Shown: positions 60,220 to 64,000 of the stretch, piece after piece
Layout of the letters: each line of letters begins with the position of its first letter
How positions within the stretch are numbered: the first letter of the stretch is position 1
Source: an uncultured delta proteobacterium
GTDB lineage: Bacteria; Myxococcota; Myxococcia; Myxococcales; Anaeromyxobacteraceae
NCBI GenBank assembly: GCA_963845515.1
Contig: CAWJSR010000006.1
Coordinates: forward strand, 132,681 to 196,680
Reading direction: 5' to 3'
Length of the DNA: 64,000 bases
Position numbers and translations under genes: made by a program
The notes under the pieces: generated by a model
Databases searched by the model: none
Told to the model about the DNA's origin: nothing
Seen by the model: only the letters and a program-made list of their open reading frames with translations

Positions 60220-63200
60220 CGTTCACTTCTCCGGCCGCTACCCGGTACGCTCCCCGGCGGCACGGTCATCTCGAACCGGGCGCCCTTCGCCCGGCTCGCC
60301 GGTCTCCCTGACCGTAATCATCGTCAGCGCCAGGACCTCCTGCATCAGGAACAGGCCGATCTTCGTGTCCTGGCCAATCACCCGCCGGAATATCGCGGCC
60401 TTGTCCTTTTTGGGAATACCGGTACCATCGTCTTCGCAGACCAGGAGATACCCTTCGGGCGTGGCTGTACCGGAGAAGCGGATGCGGGTGATCTGCGGCC
60501 CCCCGTGCCGGAGGGCATTGTCCGCAAGGTGGCGGATGATTTTTATGAACATGGGATCGGCATAGATGCTGACGCCTGCCACATCATCTTCAAGCGTTAC
60601 GTCCTGGAGGTCCAGCTCGCTTCTGGCAGATGCAACAAGGGCGGACACATCGTGCCATACCGGCGCACTGCTGCCAAGGTTCTCGTACTCCTTGGTGAAC
60701 TCGATCTGCTGCCGGATCGCGACAGCGGCATTCTCCGACCGCGTCAGGTAATCCAGCAGGGCCGGATCCGTGGTGGAACTCTTCGCAAGATCGATAAAAC
60801 CGAGCACCGCCGTAAGACGGTTGCGGATATCATGCCGGGTAATACCGGTGAGCAGGTGGAGTTTCCGGTTTGCCCGGGTCAGGGCGCCGGTTGCCTGGTG
60901 CCGGCTCGTTATGTCATGGGCATAGATCCTGACCGAAAGCCCCCCCGGCGAGAGTGTCAGGGATTCCTCAAACACTGCATCCCCGACCGTTACTTCCCGG
61001 CCGATAACACCAAAGCGGGAGGATTTCAGGGAGACGATAATCTCATCGATATCCGGGGGCAGGAAGGCTGCAGGGTTACCGGGCATCCTGAGTTTTTGCA
61101 GCAGGATCTGGCACGCCGGGTTGGAAAACGTGATCTCCTTTTCAAGGTTGATCTCGACCACCGGCTCCGGGTTCAGCTGCGGGAATGAGGCAAGCCGGCG
61201 TATCTGGTTCTCGAGACGTTTCCGCTCGGTAATATCCCGTCCCACGGCAAGGATCTGGACGGGTTTTCCTTCATCGTCACGGATGAGCGTGAAGGTATTC
61301 TCGCTCCAGAACGTGCTCCCGTCTTTTTTAGAGAATTCAAGCTCGAGGGTCACGGGATCCGGTAACTTCCCGTCTTTCCGGTCCACGCTGCCCAGCAGTT
61401 CGTCCCGCATCGAAAGCGCGAGTGCAGCAGACTCCGGTGCGAGACGGTGGTCCAGCGGGAGCTGCCGCAGCTCCTCAAGCGAGTAGTCTCTGAGCCTGCC
61501 TGCCGACGGGCTGATATAGACCGGGATGAGATCGAGGTCAAGCAGCCAGACCATGTCGGAGACGGAATCGGTGATGAGGCGGAGCGTCTGTTCGCTCTTC
61601 TCGATTGCCTCCTCAGCATGTTTGCGGGCGGTGACGTCGCGGATGATCGCAATCAGGCGTCGCTCTCCCACAACCGTCACCGAGGATAAGGACACATCGG
61701 TATCAACCAGCCTGCCATCGTTGTTCCGGGTACCTGCCACGAAAAGAACTGGGTCCCCCATTCATAGGCCGCCAGATTGTACGTCGCCGCTGCTTCTTCA
61801 GATACAGCACCATCAGGCTGGACTGCGGGTGAGAACTCAACGGGGTCATGACCGATGATCCTCTCGCGGGGGAGTCCCCACAGATGTTCTGCAGCAGGGT
61901 TGCAGTCGAGGATCTTCCCGTTCATGAGAATAACTGCGTCCGTTGACTTCTCGAAGGAGGATGCGTCCGGTCCTTCATCTCGCTGTCGGACAGTGCCTGT
62001 TCCGCACGCTTCTGGTTCGTGATATCGGTTGCAATATGGATGACACGCTCAAGCTTGCCGGCTCCATCCGGCGGCTGCGGTACAGGGAACGGAGGGTCCC
62101 CCGAAGCCCCGGGATCTCCATGGAGGACGTTTCCAGCCTGCCGCTCTCCTGCATCCGTTCAAACGGGCAGCCATCCGGCGGAGCGGAACACCCTGTCCCA
62201 TGGAACACCTGCCAGCACTTCATAGAACGAGCTCATCAAGGGTCTTTCCGGTCAGGCGCAGGACCGCAGTCGTTGGCCTCAAGGATGACTCCCGGGAGGG
62301 GTCGAGGATAAGGGGCCGGGGTTCCCGATCGCAGAAAAGATGGGTCTCCCATTCCCTGCGGGCCTGCAATAATTCTGAAAGGACGCGTTTCCGCACCGTG
62401 ATGTCGGTGACAAACGAGGAGAAATATTGGAGGCTGCCACTGCTGTCCGCGGCCCGTTCGATAAGAATCTCGACCGGCACCCAGGCTGCCGTCTTTCCGG
62501 ATAAATTCCTTCTTCATAGCGCCGCGGGTATGCCGGTGGTGGTCAGTTCCTCAGTTCGCCGGCCTCAAAAGCCATGAATTCCGGGGGGGTCAGTTCTTTC
62601 CACGAGAGGTTTCCCACCTCCGCTTCCGGATAACCGAGCAGCTCGCAGAACGCGGGATTGGTCACGCCGAACCGGCCATCCCCGTACCCGACAAAAAACG
62701 GCTGGGACGACATCTCAAGGATGGCGGCAAGGAACCGTGCATGTTCCTCGCTTCCGGCAAGGGCCTTTTCTGCCCGGGCCCTGCGGGCCTGTTCGTCAAG
62801 CAGGCCAAGGGCAAAGGATACGTCTTCGGCAATCTCCCGCAGGGTTGCTGTCTCTGTCTCCGAGACAACCCGGGCTCCGCGGCGTACAGGTTGATCACGC
62901 CGACCACTTCGCCATGCAGGCTGAACGGGAATGCAGCAGAGGAGAGGTAGCCCCGCTAGACCACTCTTCCCGCCAGGGTCTCCATCCGGGGGTCGGATGC
63001 GATATCGTGTCCGTTGATGACAGGGACACCGGACCGGAACGCACTCCCCCCGGTGCGGCCCGGTCCCTTCCGGTGTTGCATCAGCGGTATACGGAGCGCC
63101 GAAAGGTACCCTTCTTCAAATCCTGCATGGGCTACCGGGCTGATAAGCTGCTTCTCCTTGTCGACGAGGCCCACCCATACCATGCGGAAATGCCCGAATT

Positions 63201-64000
63201 CCACAGCAATACGGCAGATCTCTTTTAAGAGCGTTTCCAGGTCGCGTCCACGGACTATGGCCTCGCTGACACGGGAAAGCACAACGTACAGGCGCCGAAT
63301 GGCAAGGATCCGTTCCCCGGCCTACTTCCGGCTGGTGATGTCACGGACACTCGATATACAGATGGTCCGGTTCTTCTGGGGGTAGGTGCTTTCGGTCACT
63401 TCAACCGGAAAAATGTGCCATCCTTTTTCCGGTGGTACGGTGAGCGGGACAAAACCTTCCGGGGCTGGGGAGCCCTCGTCCGGTGCAGGGGCCGAAAGAT
63501 CGGCATATTTCAGGCTGCGGAACTCGTCCAGCGGGTACTGGTTAGGGAAAGGGCGGCCCTGTTTGCGTCAAGGATGGCCCCCGTCTACCGGGTCGGTGAC
63601 CAGCATTGCATCGCTTGCCGATGCAAAGACATTACCGGTACCGCCGCTCGCCTGCAGCAAGCCGTGCCTGCGCTTTCCTGCTCTCTGTAATATCAACAAT
63701 AAAACCCTCGAGCTCCTCTGTGCCGCCGGATGGCGTACATGCGGAACGTGAGCGTACCGGTGAACATGCTCCCCGTCCTTTTTGAGGAACTGGTTCTCAA
63801 AGCTCTGCCATTCCCCGGACGCGCTGACCTGCCGTATAAAAATCCGCCCGTTTTCCGGGATCCTTATAGAGGATTCGGGTATCCGCCTACCCGGTTCACC
63901 GTTTCAAGGATGTCTCCCGGGGAATCGATCGCCCAAAGATCTGCGCAAAAGTCCTGTTTGCGTGGATAAATTTCTCCGGTGCCGAGTGGAATATCCCCAT
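60220..64000 (-). CDS. multi-PAS/GAF sensor histidine kinase of Methanomicrobiales type; many frameshifts; 5' end outside the window
   Basis: RKLHLLTGITRHDIRNRL H-box, DNALRHG, EDDGTGIP, IGLFL; PAC motifs KKDGS; GAF EICRIAVEFGHFRMVWVG. Confidence 0.85.

Noticed and set aside
57450..64000. Archaeal-type genes as part of the nanowire island (e.g. a transferred interspecies electron-transfer adhesin or regulator)
   Set aside because: Both flanking genes are broken at the junction and there are no mobility genes or att/TSD signatures; a chimera explains it more simply.

Overview
Bases 1 to ~57,440 are very GC-rich and look like an Anaeromyxobacter-type myxobacterium (inferred from gene content and codon style). 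Housekeeping genes include prmA-rsmE, rpsB-tsf, rnhB and rluA-, rsmB- and yhbY-type genes. Metabolic genes include acyl-CoA carboxylases, methylmalonyl-CoA mutase with meaB, and a NitT/TauT ABC transporter followed by a B12/4Fe-4S reductase-like gene. There is also a probable selenocysteine peroxiredoxin (UGA plus SECIS-like hairpin), a HEPN-motif two-gene module and an unannotated 52-aa gene with a sigma-54-type promoter. The main feature is a ~17 kb extracellular-electron-transfer island (40,068 to ~57,440) with 73 CXXCH motifs by my count. It encodes two OmcS-like hexahemes that keep the His16 nanowire ligand, a 42-heme lipoprotein, a 9-10-heme cytochrome, a beta-barrel, two CsgG-like proteins, a parvulin chaperone, an NHL propeller, a tandem c7 cytochrome fused to a putative barrel and an adhesin-repeat/MtrC-like cytochrome. 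At ~57,450 the sequence switches abruptly to lower-GC DNA resembling a Methanomicrobiales archaeon (Calx-beta-like repeat surface protein, AT-rich spacer, multi-PAS/GAF histidine kinase), most likely an assembly chimera. Many genes carry 1-bp indels typical of unpolished long-read consensus. All calls are by eye; no searches were run.
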